Part shown: positions 1-8,248 of the stretch, in pieces
How positions within the stretch are numbered: the first letter of the stretch is position 1
Layout: every line of letters starts with the position of its first letter
Source: Planctomycetaceae bacterium
GTDB lineage: Bacteria > Planctomycetota > Phycisphaerae > Phycisphaerales > SM1A02
Direction: 5' to 3'
Length of the DNA: 46,562 nucleotides
Assembly (NCBI GenBank): GCA_947441435.1
Contig: CANETX010000001.1
Span: forward strand, 1 to 46,562
Made by a program: the position numbers and the translations under genes
Notes under the pieces: generated by a model
The model's input: the letters and a program-made list of their open reading frames with translations, nothing else
The model's database searches: none
Told to the model about the DNA's origin: nothing

Positions 1-1
1 C

Positions 2-457
2 AATAGCGCCTTCAAGAAGGATGGCAAGGACTTCCATGTCTCAGCCGATCTCACCGGGCAGGCGAATCATCTCGGCGTGACGATCCAGGCAGACATCATC
101 AAGCAGAAGTTGCCCGAGAACAACGGCGGGTTCGACGCGCTCAATATGGGCGGCTCGTCCTACGGCAAGTTCGACAAGCGGATCTACACCGATCTGTGCA
201 GCGATCATCCGATCGACCTGTGCCGGTACCAAGTCCTCAACTGCTACTGCGGTCGAGCGGGTCTCATCAATTCGGGCGGGGCGAGCGGCGCCAACGACTT
301 CGCGGACGCAGCGCGCACGGCTGTGATCAACAAGCGTGCTGGCGGAACTGGGCTCATCTCAGGTCGCAAGGCCTTCCAGCGTCCGATGGCCGAGGGAGTG
401 AAACTCCTCAACACCATCCAAGACATCTATCTCGATCCGAAGGTGACGATCGCCTGA
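2..457 (+). CDS. fbaB: Class I fructose-bisphosphate aldolase (FbaB/DhnA type), 3' fragment; the 5' end lies outside the window
   Basis: The frame is open from the window edge (nt 2) to TGA at 455-457. The tail ...[46 protein letters not shown] matches the C-terminus of DhnA/FbaB-type aldolases as I remember them. Confidence 0.7.
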   Translation, partial: NSAFKKDGKDFHVSADLTGQANHLGVTIQADIIKQKLPENNGGFDALNMGGSSYGKFDKRIYTDLCSDHPIDLCRYQVLNCYCGRAGLINSGGASGANDFADAARTAVINKRAGGTGLISGRKAFQRPMAEGVKLLNTIQDIYLDPKVTIA

Positions 458-1581
458 GCGGCTTCGGTCGGAGCGGGTGCCGTGAGCACGACGACCGTCG
501 GCTCGACCATCGCCGCAGCGTGTGAAGTCGCGGGAATCACGGGAGCCTCTTCATTCGTGGTCCACTCGACGCTGAGTTGGGTGCCAGCCGCGAGCGGCAC
601 CGGTGGATCAAAGTTCCACGGCTCGGAAAACCGCTCATTCCACCGGGGGATCTCCAGGAGAGTCGTGCGCGATCCGTCTGGGGCCGTCGCGATCACGTGA
701 ATGCCGAGCGCATTCGAGCCCGCGCGTACGAGCACCGTCATGGCGCGGGAAGCATCTCCGATCCGTGCGCCGAGCACCCGCGAGAAGGAGTACGCCTTGA
801 CCGTTGTCGCGCCGGGATCAGCCCCGAAGAAATCGATCCTGCAGGCCGTGGACTCCGTGCGTCCGCGAGGATCGGCATGCACCTCGAGGACGAGGGTCGA
901 CTGCGCTGGGATCTCGAGAGCGCAGCCTCGAGGAAGCAGCCACTCTCCTTGCAGTCGCGCGACGGCTCCCGCGGATCCCGAGGCATCGAGGCCGATGTCG
1001 CCCGCGGCGTCGTAGCCGGGGGAGGGATCGGCGGCATCGAGCCGCTGCGCGTAGCCGCGCGTGTCGGCGAGCAGGGAGATGGAGTGCACGAGGCCCGGAG
1101 AGTCGCAGCGCAGGGCGAGCCCTTGGACGCGAAGCGACTGTGAGTTGCCCAGTTCGACGGCGAAGGCTCGCATCGCCATGCCGGGAGCTGCGCCGACCTC
1201 CCACGACGGGGAGTTCACGAGGCACGTCGTCGCCGCCGGTACGCCCACGCTCGGGGCGGGCGGCAACTTCCCCTCCACGATCGCCCCGCGCTCGAGCCAC
1301 GCGACGAGAGTCGCCCGCTCGTGTTCGTTCAATCGGCGTTCATGCGCCAGTGGCGCACCCATGGGCCCGGGAAGCCACGGGGGCATGAGGCCATCGCGGA
1401 CTGCGGCCGCAGCTGTGAGGGCGCGCCTTCCCCGAGGCCCGGGAGCCGCAAGATCGACCTGAGAAGGCGAGTCCCCACGGTGGCATCCGAGGCATTCGCG
1501 GACGAACAGATCCTGTCCCTCCTCAGGTGTCGAGGCGGTCACGATTAGCGCAAGCGCGTGGGCGATCGCTGGAGCGATCAC
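427..1581 (-). CDS. Exported c-type cytochrome domain protein (one CXXCH) with a C-terminal beta-rich domain, possibly like the PHM/DBH Cu-monooxygenase C-terminal domain
   Basis: 384-aa ORF with a GTG start that overlaps the upstream cupredoxin stop (GTGA at 1578-1581). Hydrophobic N-terminus, then the heme motif CLGCH ([12 protein letters not shown]). The C-terminal stretch [26 protein letters not shown] resembles the W-x-F-x-W-Q...L..G pattern of bacterial Cu2_monoox_C-like domains; this is a weak recollection. Confidence 0.5.
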   Translation of the reverse strand: MIAPAIAHALALIVTASTPEEGQDLFVRECLGCHRGDSPSQVDLAAPGPRGRRALTAAAAVRDGLMPPWLPGPMGAPLAHERRLNEHERATLVAWLERGAIVEGKLPPAPSVGVPAATTCLVNSPSWEVGAAPGMAMRAFAVELGNSQSLRVQGLALRCDSPGLVHSISLLADTRGYAQRLDAADPSPGYDAAGDIGLDASGSAGAVARLQGEWLLPRGCALEIPAQSTLVLEVHADPRGRTESTACRIDFFGADPGATTVKAYSFSRVLGARIGDASRAMTVLVRAGSNALGIHVIATAPDGSRTTLLEIPRWNERFSEPWNFDPPVPLAAGTQLSVEWTTNEEAPVIPATSHAAAMVEPTVVVLTAPAPTEAAQAIVTFGSR

Positions 1582-2087
1582 TGAGTCCAGTTGGCGAGGA
1601 TCACACTCAGGTCGACCGCATTGACGACGCCATCGTCATTGATGTCCGACGCGGCATCTGCCGTCCCCCACGCCCCGAGCAGTTGCGTGAGATCGAGTCC
1701 ATTGACGAGTCCGTCCGAATTGAGGTCGCCGGGTGCTGCCATGGGCGCAACCACGATCGATCCAACCATGCCAGAGAAGCAGTGGGGCATGCAGAAGTAC
1801 GCAACCGTCGTCCCCGCCACTGATGCTGGAACGACCCACTCGAAGGACTGGATCGCTGTCGAGAGGTCTCCGTCAAAGAGTCCGTTGAAGTTGCAGTTGG
1901 CACCGCTGGTCACGGTGTGCCCACCGCCATGCCAGACCCAGCGGATCGTGTCGCCCACGGATGCGTTGGCCGCGAGGGGGCTGAAGGTGAACGAGTTCTG
2001 GTTGATGATGACGACCGCGGCGTCGGCCTGCACAGCGCATGCGGCGCCGATGACGAGGTGAGCAAGAGCGGTGGGGGCAAGTTTCAT
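1578..2087 (-). CDS. Secreted plastocyanin-like blue-copper protein (cupredoxin) fused to a C-terminal dockerin-type repeat pair
   Basis: Signal peptide MKLAPTALAHLVIGAACAVQADA. Type-1 Cu ligand pattern WHGGGHTV ... YFCMPHCFSGMVGSIVV (His, then C-x2-H-x4-M, as in plastocyanin YYCxPHxxAGMxG). The C-terminus carries two DxNxDGxxxxxDL repeats (GDLNSDGLVNGLDLTQLL, SDINDDGVVNAVDLSVIL). Confidence 0.75.
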   Translation of the reverse strand: MKLAPTALAHLVIGAACAVQADAAVVIINQNSFTFSPLAANASVGDTIRWVWHGGGHTVTSGANCNFNGLFDGDLSTAIQSFEWVVPASVAGTTVAYFCMPHCFSGMVGSIVVAPMAAPGDLNSDGLVNGLDLTQLLGAWGTADAASDINDDGVVNAVDLSVILANWTQ

Positions 2088-2156
2088 GGGGACACCTAGA
2101 TGTGAGTGAGGACCGATCGCAAGACGCCGACGCCGCCGACAACTCGCGACAATGCG

Positions 2157-2184
2157 ACAATACAGCCGGAATGCCGGAAATCAA
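2157..2184 (-). promoter_or_regulatory. Candidate sigma70-like promoter for the cupredoxin gene (TTGATT-16 nt-TATTGT on the minus strand)
   Basis: Minus strand reads TTGATT tccggcattccggctg TATTGT, about 70 nt upstream of the ATG at 2087, in the 111-bp gap after the ATPase stop. It overlaps two tandem octamer pairs. Sequence pattern only. Confidence 0.3.
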
Positions 2185-2198
2185 GTCTCTTGGGCGAT

Positions 2199-4238
2199 TT
2201 AGGACGTCGCTGACAGACGGTGCGCCGCGCGCAGCGGTTTTTCGGCCTTGCGGGCCTCGGTGAGCCGCCGAATCTCTTCGGCATCGGCGAACTCCTCACC
2301 GAATCGGACGAGCCGCAGGCTGTTGGCGATGACGAAGATGTAGGCCGCCGCTTGATAGAAGGGGGTCACCCAGATCTGGATTTGCCCAGTCGCAGCAAGC
2401 CCGAGACCGACGAGCGCCAACAGGAGGCTTGCCGCGATGTTCACCGCGATCACGCCGCGCGCCTTGACGGCGAGTTCAAGGAGGAACGGGATGTGGCGGA
2501 GATCCTCGTTCATGAGGGCGACACCTGCACTGTTGGTCGCAATGTCGGAACCGGAGAGTCCCATCGCGACGCCGACATCGGCGCTCGCAAGGATCGGTCC
2601 ATCGTTGATGCCGTCACCAACGACGAGGACCTTGTGGCCTCGATTGAGGAGATAGCGGAGTTCCTCATGCTTCTCTTCGGGCAGACACTCCGCCTCGATC
2701 GTGTCGACGCCGACGGCCTCGCCGACCTGCTTGGCGACGGCGAGGCGGTCTCCCGTAAAGATGCAGACGCGCCTGACGCCGAGTTGCCGAAGCCGAGCGA
2801 CCGTCTCAGGGGCATTGGTCCGCAACTTGTCCTCGAGTCCCACCGCGCCGAGGTACGTCCCGTCCTTGAGGACATGGACGCTCGACATTCCGGGGATCTT
2901 CTCCTCGATCTGGGCCAGTTCGGCGGCGATGGACGGATTCACTTCCCGCAGCCAGTGGGCGCGGCCAGCGTGAATCGTCGAACCGGACGCCGTGGTGGCG
3001 ATGACACCGCGTCCGTGAATCTCCTCGTACGCCGTGAGAGCCTCCGGCTTGATGCGTGCGCGCTCGGCGGTCTCCAGGATGCTGCGCGCAAGCGGGTGAT
3101 TGGAGGACTGCTCGCAGTCCGCCGCGGCCTGCAGGAGTCGCGCGCCATCGCTCGCCGACGCGGGGGCAAGGCGGCTGACGCTGAACTTGCCGGTCGTGAG
3201 CGTCCCCGTCTTGTCGAGGACAACGGTATCGATCCGCGCCGCGGACTCGAGGATCCTCGTCTGCTTGATCATGATTCCGAGGCGTGCGGCAGCCGCGAAG
3301 GCGGCGACCATCGCGGTCGGATAGGCAATCAGCAGCGCTCCCGGGCAGGTCACGACGAGGACGGTGATGGCCCGCACCGACGCCTGCTCGCGCACGGCCG
3401 CGAGGTCGCTCTTGCTCGTGAAGAACCAGACGAGCCCGGCGACCATCAGGACGACGGGGACGTAGTACGCCGCGAGCCGTTCGATGAGTTCCTGGCGGTC
3501 GGTGCGCGACTTCTCCGCCTCGCGGATCAGCGACTCGACCTTGCCGATCGTTGTCTCGGAGGCGACCGCAGTCACCTCGATGTCGATCTGTCCGGTCAGG
3601 TTGGTGGTGCCTGCGTAGACCTCAAGGCCCGGCTGCGCCTCAACGGGCACGGCTTCGCCTGTGAGCGAGGCCTGATTGATGTTGCTCGTGCCGCGGATGA
3701 TCCGGCCATCGGCGGGGAGGTTTTCGCCGGGACGAACCCGCACGACTTCGCCGACCTTCAGGGCCGCGCGGCCGACCTCGCGCTCGTTGCCGTCGGCATC
3801 GAGGAGCCGCGCGATGTCGGGAGTCAATTCGAGCAATTCGCGGATCGCCCGCTGCGCTCCCCACGCCGTCCGGGAGAGGACGAGTTCGGAGAGCCAGAGG
3901 AAGAACGCGAGGAATCCTGCGGCGAGATAGAGCTGGTTGGCGATCGCAGCGAGCACCGCGAGCGTGGCGAGCGAGTCGCTCGAGGGGCGCCCCGCCTTGA
4001 GTTCTTTCAGCGCCCCCGAGGCCATCGGCACCATCAGGATGATCGCGCCAATGACCGCGGGGATCTGCGCCACCGATGGTTCGATGCCGAAGACCGCTTC
4101 TCCGAGCCAGGCGACGAGGAGGAGCATGCCCCCGCAGAGCGCCACGAAGAGTTTGCGTTCGAGGCGTGCGCCACCCTGCGCCGCATCTGCGTCGGGAAGC
4201 GAACTTGAGAATCCGATGTCGCCCTTGAGTGTCGTCAT
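2199..4238 (-). CDS. P1B-type (heavy-metal) P-type ATPase, non-canonical transmembrane metal site, no N-terminal HMA domain
   Basis: 679-aa ORF with an ATG start. Motifs: TGEAVPV (actuator), DKTGTLT (phosphorylation), SNHPLA (the HP motif typical of P1B) and GDGINDGP (hinge). The TM6 motif reads VTCPGAL instead of CPC/CPH/SPC. Confidence 0.8.
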   Translation of the reverse strand: MTTLKGDIGFSSSLPDADAAQGGARLERKLFVALCGGMLLLVAWLGEAVFGIEPSVAQIPAVIGAIILMVPMASGALKELKAGRPSSDSLATLAVLAAIANQLYLAAGFLAFFLWLSELVLSRTAWGAQRAIRELLELTPDIARLLDADGNEREVGRAALKVGEVVRVRPGENLPADGRIIRGTSNINQASLTGEAVPVEAQPGLEVYAGTTNLTGQIDIEVTAVASETTIGKVESLIREAEKSRTDRQELIERLAAYYVPVVLMVAGLVWFFTSKSDLAAVREQASVRAITVLVVTCPGALLIAYPTAMVAAFAAAARLGIMIKQTRILESAARIDTVVLDKTGTLTTGKFSVSRLAPASASDGARLLQAAADCEQSSNHPLARSILETAERARIKPEALTAYEEIHGRGVIATTASGSTIHAGRAHWLREVNPSIAAELAQIEEKIPGMSSVHVLKDGTYLGAVGLEDKLRTNAPETVARLRQLGVRRVCIFTGDRLAVAKQVGEAVGVDTIEAECLPEEKHEELRYLLNRGHKVLVVGDGINDGPILASADVGVAMGLSGSDIATNSAGVALMNEDLRHIPFLLELAVKARGVIAVNIAASLLLALVGLGLAATGQIQIWVTPFYQAAAYIFVIANSLRLVRFGEEFADAEEIRRLTEARKAEKPLRAAHRLSATS

Positions 4239-4306
4239 GGGGTGCGTTCCAAGCAGGGGGAAAGGGTAGCAGCCACATCGGCGCGGCGTCGTGGTAGGGT
4301 GGCCTC

Positions 4307-5299
4307 ATGCCAGTGCGCGTGGCCGTGATTGGATGCGGACAGTTCGGCACCGTCGTCGCGTGTCATGCGGCGCGCCTTGGACACGACGTTTCGCTCTGGG
4401 CGCGCACGGAAGAAGAGGCGGCGCCACTGCGCGATGAGCGACGCTCTCCGAGGCTTCCCGGTCTCGCGATTCCACCTTCCATCCGGGTGACAACCGACGC
4501 GAACGCCGCGCTCGAAGAAGCTGCTCTGGTCATCACCGCCATTCCGTCCCAGTACGCGCGGTCGATCTGGAAGGTTCTCGGTGAGCAGCTTCCCGACGGG
4601 GCGATCTTGGTGAGTGTTGCCAAGGGATTCGAGATGGGGACGTTGCTGCGTCCATCCGAAGTGCTCCTGGAGGAGTGTCCCTCCGCGGAGGTCGTCGCGC
4701 TTTCGGGTCCCACGATTGCGACCGAACTGGCCCTGAGCCTGCCGACGGCACTTGTCGTCGCGGGGTGTCCTGAGGCAACGGGGGCGGTGCAGTCGCTGCT
4801 TGCGGGCGACTCGTGGCGCGTCTACCCCAGCACTGATCTCGTCGGGGTCGAGAGCGCAGGTGCGCTGAAGAATGTCATCGCCATCGCGGCGGGAATGGTG
4901 GATGGGATGGGTCTCGGAATGAACGCGAAGGCAACGCTTCTCGCGCGCGGCATCGCGGAGATGGCCAGACTGGGCGTCGCCCTCGGGGGTGTGCGCGAGA
5001 CCTTCTTCGGCGTTGCTGGAGTGGGGGATCTTGCGACGACCTGCTTCAGTCCCCACGGACGCAATCGAACGCTCGGCGAGAAGATCGGCGGCGGCGCGAC
5101 TCTCTCCGAGGCGCTCGCTTCGATGGACTCCGTCGTCGAGGGTGTCGATACTTGTCGGGCGGTGAAGGATCTGGCCCAGAGGCATGGAGTCGAGATGCCC
5201 ATCGCGCAGGCGGTGGATGCGGTGCTCTTCCGCGGCGTGAATCCGAAGGCCGCGCTTGTCGATCTCATGCGGCGAGCCTCGCCGCTTGAACGGGTCTAG
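4307..5299 (+). CDS. gpsA: NAD(P)H-dependent glycerol-3-phosphate dehydrogenase
   Basis: 330 aa. N-terminal Rossmann fold VAVIGCGQFGTVVA, GALKNVIAIAAG, and GDLATTCFSPHGRNRTLGEKIG, all typical of GpsA. Confidence 0.9.
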   Translation: MPVRVAVIGCGQFGTVVACHAARLGHDVSLWARTEEEAAPLRDERRSPRLPGLAIPPSIRVTTDANAALEEAALVITAIPSQYARSIWKVLGEQLPDGAILVSVAKGFEMGTLLRPSEVLLEECPSAEVVALSGPTIATELALSLPTALVVAGCPEATGAVQSLLAGDSWRVYPSTDLVGVESAGALKNVIAIAAGMVDGMGLGMNAKATLLARGIAEMARLGVALGGVRETFFGVAGVGDLATTCFSPHGRNRTLGEKIGGGATLSEALASMDSVVEGVDTCRAVKDLAQRHGVEMPIAQAVDAVLFRGVNPKAALVDLMRRASPLERV

Positions 5300-5309
5300 G
5301 GCTTCCGGG

Positions 5310-6425
5310 TCACTCTGCGACGGTCACGACCGTTCCCCCGAGTTCGGGCCGTCGCTCGAAGCGGTGCGCACGCAAGAGATCAACGCAGCGCTTGAAGTCC
5401 GCCCACACGGGAGCCGTGAAGCTCATCGGCACATCGGTGATGGGGTGTCGAATGCCGAGGTACGCGGCGTGGAGGGCCTGCCGAGTCATCGCCTTCGCGT
5501 CCGAGTCGCCGCCGAAGTCCCGCTCGACGCTGTGACGTCCTCCATACATATCGTCGCCGACGATCGGATAGCCGCGGTGCGAGAGATGTACGCGGATCTG
5601 ATGGGTCCGTCCCGTTCGAAGCTCAAGTTCCACGAGCGAGTAACCCGCATACTCCTCGAGTACCCGATAGACCGTCTGCGACGGGCGACCGGTCTCGTCG
5701 TGGCGAACTGCGTACTTCTCGCGAATCGTTGGGTGCTTGCCCAAGGGGAGATCGATGAGATCGGCGAGCGGCTCCATGTGCCCATGGACGAGGGCGAGGT
5801 AACGCTTCTGGGTCGTCCGTGTCTCGAACTGCTTTCCAAGCCTCCAGTGCGCCGTGTCCGTCTTGGCGGCGACCATCACGCCGCTCGTCATCTTGTCGAG
5901 GCGGTGGACAACTCCCGGCCGGGCGAAGTCGGCGCCGACCGTCGAGAGCGTTCCGCTGGAACGATGGTGAAAGTGCCATGCAAGCGCGTTGATGAGCGTC
6001 CCCGACTTGTGACTGCGCGCCGGATGGACGATGAGTCCGGGCTGCTTGTTCACGACGATGAGATGCTCGTCCTCGAAGAGGATGTCGAGGGGGATCTCTT
6101 CCATCGGGACTTCGCTGCTCGGCGGCGGGGGGAGCATCGCATGGACGACATCTCCGAGGCGCAACTTCGTCGAGGCCTTGGCCACGCGGTCGTTGACGAG
6201 GACCGCATCCGCCTCGATGAGCCGCTGCAGCGCGGTGCGGCTCAGGAAGGGGATTCGATCGACGAGATAGCGGTCGAGCCGCTTGTTGAGGTCGTGGCTG
6301 AGGGTGAATGTGACCGCGACCGGAGAGTCGTCGTCCTTCGCCGCGGCTTCATCATGCAGCGCAAGTAGCGCATCGGGATCGACAGTCCCGGCACTCGTCA
6401 AGAGCGGTCGTGGCTCGTCGCTCAC
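5310..6425 (-). CDS. rluD: RluA/RluD-family 23S rRNA pseudouridine synthase with an N-terminal S4 domain
   Basis: 371 aa, GTG start. S4-like RLDRYLVDRIPFLSRTALQRLI, catalytic HRLDKMTSGVMVAAK, and GRTHQIRVHL. Confidence 0.85.
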   Translation of the reverse strand: MSDEPRPLLTSAGTVDPDALLALHDEAAAKDDDSPVAVTFTLSHDLNKRLDRYLVDRIPFLSRTALQRLIEADAVLVNDRVAKASTKLRLGDVVHAMLPPPPSSEVPMEEIPLDILFEDEHLIVVNKQPGLIVHPARSHKSGTLINALAWHFHHRSSGTLSTVGADFARPGVVHRLDKMTSGVMVAAKTDTAHWRLGKQFETRTTQKRYLALVHGHMEPLADLIDLPLGKHPTIREKYAVRHDETGRPSQTVYRVLEEYAGYSLVELELRTGRTHQIRVHLSHRGYPIVGDDMYGGRHSVERDFGGDSDAKAMTRQALHAAYLGIRHPITDVPMSFTAPVWADFKRCVDLLRAHRFERRPELGGTVVTVAE

Positions 6426-6440
6426 GGCGAACTCGCCGCG

Positions 6441-7304
6441 TCAGGGGTTCGGTGCCGGCGCGGGAGCCGGTGCGGGCGCTGGCGCGGGAACTGGCGCGGG
6501 TGCAGGCGCGGGTGCTGGCGCGGGCTCGGGAGCAGGCGCCGTCGCAGACGGAGCGGTCGCGGCTGAGTCTCCCAAGAGCAACTTGAGCGCATCGGCGTCC
6601 GCTCCAACACTGGCAGTGCCCGGAATGACCGTCGTCGGCACCGCCACCATGGGCGCGGCGGGAATCGGGTACGGCGAGGAGATCGAAGTCAGCGAGTCGA
6701 GTCGCGCTTGAGCGTTCTTGACGAGCCACGGATACTGGTCTCCCGCTGACTTCATCGCCCCCTCGAGAGCACTCTTCGCGCTCGCGATATCGCCGCGTGA
6801 CTCGGCCACCGCCGCCTTCCCGAACCAACCAGAGACCTCAAAGCCGCGCAGCCCGCCGGTGGGGTCGGCCTTGGCCGCGGTGATCACGTCGGTGTAGAGG
6901 GTGTCCGCCTCGGTGAGCCATTCGGCGCGGACCTCAGGCGTGAGTTGCGCATCGCTCGCACTGGGTTCTCGATCGAAGCGGGTCCCGGTAAGGACGCTCT
7001 GCAGGTAGCGGTCCCCGGCATTGAGTAGCGCGTACATGGGCACCGAATCGACGTCGGCGTGCTTGAGGGCGATGTCCTTCAAGGTCGCCGGAATGTCGGC
7101 GGCATTGAGTTCGGCCCACGCGATATCGCGCGCCTGCGCAGCTCTGCCCTTCCACCAATTCCATCCCATCATCAGTGCAGCCACGACGAGGACGGCGAGC
7201 AGCCAGTTGGGGCCGCTCGTCTTGAGCCAGTAGACAAAGTCGTCATTGATGCGGCTTTCCGTGATGTCGGTCTGCTGCACTGAGCCGAGTCGTTTTCGAT
7301 CCAT
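6441..7304 (-). CDS. Single-pass membrane protein with a YfgM/TPR_21-like periplasmic domain and a C-terminal (Ala-Pro)n tail
   Basis: 287 aa. N-terminal anchor NWLLAVLVVAALMMGWNWW followed by a helical TPR-like region. The C-terminus is APAPEPAPAPAPAPAPVPAPAPAPAPAPAPNP. It lies 15 bp upstream of rluD on the same strand. Confidence 0.45.
   Translation of the reverse strand: MDRKRLGSVQQTDITESRINDDFVYWLKTSGPNWLLAVLVVAALMMGWNWWKGRAAQARDIAWAELNAADIPATLKDIALKHADVDSVPMYALLNAGDRYLQSVLTGTRFDREPSASDAQLTPEVRAEWLTEADTLYTDVITAAKADPTGGLRGFEVSGWFGKAAVAESRGDIASAKSALEGAMKSAGDQYPWLVKNAQARLDSLTSISSPYPIPAAPMVAVPTTVIPGTASVGADADALKLLLGDSAATAPSATAPAPEPAPAPAPAPAPVPAPAPAPAPAPAPNP
6444..6540. repeat. Imperfect hexanucleotide tandem repeat (GCGGGN/GCCGGN units) encoding the (Ala-Pro)n tail
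   Basis: Plus strand reads ggtgccggcgcgggagccggtgcgggcgctggcgcgggaactggcgcgggtgcaggcgcgggtgctggcgcggg..., about 16 six-nt units, in frame with the 6441..7304 CDS. Confidence 0.85.
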
Positions 7305-7330
7305 AAGGGGGCGAAGTGTAGCATCGTTCG

Positions 7331-8239
7331 ATGCCCCATCGGATGCTCGTGACCGATCTCGACGGGACGCTGCTCAATCGCAAAGGGGAGGTCTCCGAGG
7401 CCAACGCGAACGCCATCGCGAGGGCCCGCGAACATGGAATCGAAGTGGTGATCGCGACCGGTCGGTCGTGGGTCGAATGCCACGATCTCGTCCGCTCGGT
7501 CGTGCCTGACGGGCACGCCATCACCGCAGGCGGGGCGGCGCTGCACGATGTGGCTTCGGGGGAGTGCCGCGACAGCATCCCCATTTCCCACGATCTCGTG
7601 GCCCATTGCACTGAAAGTCTCCTGCGGCACGGCCACCTCGCCCATCTCCTCAAGGACCCCCATCGCGCGGGGTTCGACTACCTCCTCGTGGGGGATGCGT
7701 CCCTCGATGATGCGAGCCGCTGGTGGTTCTCTGTCCATCCACTCTCGACCCGCTCTGCACTGACGCTGGATGGATTCGACGGCGGACGGGAGGCGGCCCT
7801 GGCGAATGTCTTGCGGGTCGGCACGGTCGCCCCAGCCACCGCGCTCGCCGATGTCACTGCGGCGATTCGCAGCGAAGTGGGGGAGCGCCTCGCCATCAAG
7901 CACTGGCCGGCGCTCGTTGCGCTCGGCACTGCGGGGATCGAGACGCATCTCCTCGAGATCTTCGACGCCTCCGTCGACAAGTGGTCGATGGTCGTGCGGC
8001 TGTGCGCGCGACTCGGAGTCTCGCCAACCGAGGTGGTGACGGTCGGTGACGGACTCAATGATGTCGGGATGCTGCAGGGAGCGGGTCTGTCCTTCGCGGT
8101 GGCCAATGCCGAGGCCGATGTTGCGAGGGCGAGCGTGCGTCGGGCCCCCGACCATGACGCCGATGCACTTGCCTTCGTCGTCGACGAACTGCTGTCCGGT
8201 GGGCGGGGAGTCCCCGGTCCGAGGCGCGCAGGCCAATAG
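7331..8239 (+). CDS. HAD-superfamily Cof-type phosphatase
   Basis: 302 aa. Motif I LVTDLDGTLL, motif II VVIATGR, motif IV GDGLNDVGML. Confidence 0.8.
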   Translation: MPHRMLVTDLDGTLLNRKGEVSEANANAIARAREHGIEVVIATGRSWVECHDLVRSVVPDGHAITAGGAALHDVASGECRDSIPISHDLVAHCTESLLRHGHLAHLLKDPHRAGFDYLLVGDASLDDASRWWFSVHPLSTRSALTLDGFDGGREAALANVLRVGTVAPATALADVTAAIRSEVGERLAIKHWPALVALGTAGIETHLLEIFDASVDKWSMVVRLCARLGVSPTEVVTVGDGLNDVGMLQGAGLSFAVANAEADVARASVRRAPDHDADALAFVVDELLSGGRGVPGPRRAGQ

Positions 8240-8248
8240 ACTTCGCCT

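Noticed and set aside
2220-4208. 662-aa plus-strand ORF antisense to the P-type ATPase gene
   Set aside because: Arg/Asp/Gly/Glu-rich low-complexity translation with no recognisable motif. The opposite strand carries a full set of P-type ATPase motifs. This is the typical shadow ORF of very GC-rich DNA.
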